A stretch of DNA of 64,000 nt, taken from assembly GCA_965112155.1 (NCBI GenBank), contig OZ218099.1; one strand, 5' to 3'. The stretch is from Podarcis liolepis (Eukaryota). Positions 62,243 to 64,000 of the stretch are shown one piece after another. Under the pieces are notes generated by a model that was not told where the DNA came from, did not search any database, and saw nothing but the letters and a program-made list of their open reading frames with translations. Position 1 is the stretch's first letter; every line of letters begins with the position of its first letter. Both the position numbers and the translations under genes were made by a program.

Positions 62243-62600
62243 GCTGGTGGCGCTGTGGTCTAAACCACTGAGCCTAGGGCTTTCTGATTAGAAGGTCGGT
62301 GGTTCGAATCCGCGCGATGGGGTGAGCTCCCGTCGCTCGGTCCCAGCTCCTGCCAACCTAGCAGTTCGAAAGCACGTCAAAGTGCAAGTAGATAAATAGG
62401 TACCACTCCAGCGGAAGGTAAACGGTGTTTCTGTGCACTACTCTGGTTTGCCAGAAGCGGCTTAGTCATGCTGGCCACACGACCTGGAAAAACTGTCTGC
62501 AGACAAACGTCGGCTCCCTCGGCCAGTAAAGCGAGATGAGCGCCGCAACCCCAGAGTCGTTCACGACTGGACTTAACGGTCAGGGGTCCCTTACCTTTTA
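62243..62600 (+). mobile_element. Sauria SINE (second subfamily)
   Basis: ggtggcgctgtgg, ggttcgaatcc, cctgccaacctagcagttcgaaagcac, ACCTTT tail; TSD CATGAAC at 62236-62242 and 62601-62607. Confidence 0.92.
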
Positions 62601-63139
62601 CATGAACATAGACATGTTTCTAGAAACAGAGAACACATCCACAGGTCTCTATGCACCTCTCCACTGGCCTACATATCTGAACTGTTAGTAATCAAACTCA
62701 TCACCTACCGCTCCAACTATGAGGCTTCCCCAAACCACCATTTTCCTGCATGATATGCTTATACAATTTTGTTAGAACATAAGTTAGACCAAAGCTAGGG
62801 GCAGGTGGAAGGGTGACAGCATTTTATACAGTTTCATCCAAAGCCCATTAAATTGTATAGTTTGAGTTTTTTAGGTTTATTAGAATATATTTTAATACTT
62901 AAGAAGATGGTCTGTATAAGCTAATGCTTTAAGCTCCTGGTTAAAGACATCTTAGTCAATAGAGTATGAGTTTTAATCAATTCACTTTGCATGTATGTAC
63001 ATAAACCCCAGAGAATTACTCTCCGGAAAGTGGTGCATGAACGAATCACAGCAAGTAGATGGAGAGGGGTGTGTGTGTGTGTGAAATAAATAATAATAAT
63101 ATAAATAGTTTCAACATCATTTCTTTAAAAAAACTAGTA

Positions 63140-63360
63140 CAGTGGCACCTCGGGTTACATACGCTTCAGGTTACAGACTCCGCTAACCCAGAAATAGTAC
63201 TTTGGGTTAAGAACTTTGCTTCAGGATGAGAACAGAAATTGTGCAGCAGCAGCAGCAGCAGGAGGCCCCATTAGCTAAAGTGGTGCTTCAGGTTAAGAAC
63301 AGTTTCAGGTTAAGAACGGACCTCCAGAACAAATTAAGTATGTAACCAGAGGTACCACTG
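63140..63360. mobile_element. Tc1/mariner-type MITE (main subfamily, opposite orientation)
   Basis: TA|CAGTGGCACCTCGGGTTA ... TAACCAGAGGTACCACTG|TA; internal (GCA)6. Confidence 0.92.
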
Positions 63361-64000
63361 TATTTGAAAAATTGAAGTGTGTACAATATTAAACATGAAA
63401 CAGAACGTAAAGAATACAAGTGGTGGAATTCAACATCAAGCCGTGCATTGTAGCTTGTCAGATGCAATGATTCCCCCTTTCCCTCCTTTTGCACTGTTCT
63501 AAGGGCTCTTTTAACACACATACCTCAGCCAATTTCAAAGGGACAGAAAGAAAGAGAAGGGGGGAAACCCTTATAGGGCTCCTTAGGCGAATCCTGCCCA
63601 AGGTTTGCAGGCTTTAGTATTGAGCACCTTTTACAGCAGGGGTGACTAACTTATATTCATCCTTGGCCAATCCGGGGGTGGGGGGGCACATGCCAACAGG
63701 GATGCACACAAAACACAAACCTTCCTCCTCAGCTGATATGTCCAGATTATCTGGGAAGGGGGCATTGACTTGATGAATGGGGAGGTGGCAATTTGTATCT
63801 CCATCAGCGAGCTGGGTTCTGTGGATGCGAATTACCCCCTTCCCAGCTCATCATATCAGTCACCTGATGAATGTAAGTCACCGGACCCAGCTCATCACAT
63901 GTTGAACCTGATATCTGGAGGGGGCAATTTCCATTACCATCAGGGTGCTGATCTGGGAAGAGAATACTGCATCTCCTTTGTTTTTGGTTTTCTTTTTGCT

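Larger units (their letters stand above)
41638..64000 (-). other. UBE2O: UBE2O intron 1 (partial, over 22 kb)
   Basis: No CpG island or recognisable UBE2O N-terminal exon before the window end; AT-rich and repeat-rich. Confidence 0.8.

Noticed and set aside
41638-64000. UBE2O exon 1 or promoter, or the neighbouring AANAT gene
   Set aside because: No CpG island or matching coding sequence; the CpG-rich patches here are all transposons.

Overview
This is vertebrate genomic DNA from a squamate reptile, probably a lizard, judged from the Sauria SINE, BovB/RTE, CR1, L2 and squamate MITE content. It carries two convergent protein-coding genes in the arrangement known from other amniotes. (1) SPHK1 (sphingosine kinase 1): the last two coding exons on the + strand, 517-632 and 3649-4483, spliced in frame (951 nt). 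(2) UBE2O (E2/E3 hybrid ubiquitin-conjugating enzyme): 17 coding exons on the - strand from 41637 to 11217. All introns are GT-AG, all phases are consistent, and the total is 3558 nt (1185 aa plus stop). UBE2O exon 1 lies beyond the window, so 41638-64000 is intron 1. The non-coding space is dense in transposon relics: nine TA-flanked Tc1/mariner (Tigger/pogo-like) MITEs sharing a CAGTGGTACCT-type TIR, several hAT MITEs with 8-bp TSDs, a 5'-truncated BovB with an 11-bp TSD, two Sauria SINEs, and CR1/L2/RTE fragments. I found no evidence of a new multi-gene system, CRISPR array or structural RNA gene. The items most worth follow-up are a triple-nested insertion with clean TSDs, two CpG-retaining codon-like intronic segments of unknown origin, an inverted LINE-tail pair beside UBE2O exon 5, an exact TIR mimic inside UBE2O exon 2, a structured RTE-like 5' leader, tandem poly(A) sites, and lineage-specific SPHK1 protein features. 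Repeat family names and human comparisons are from memory and need database confirmation.
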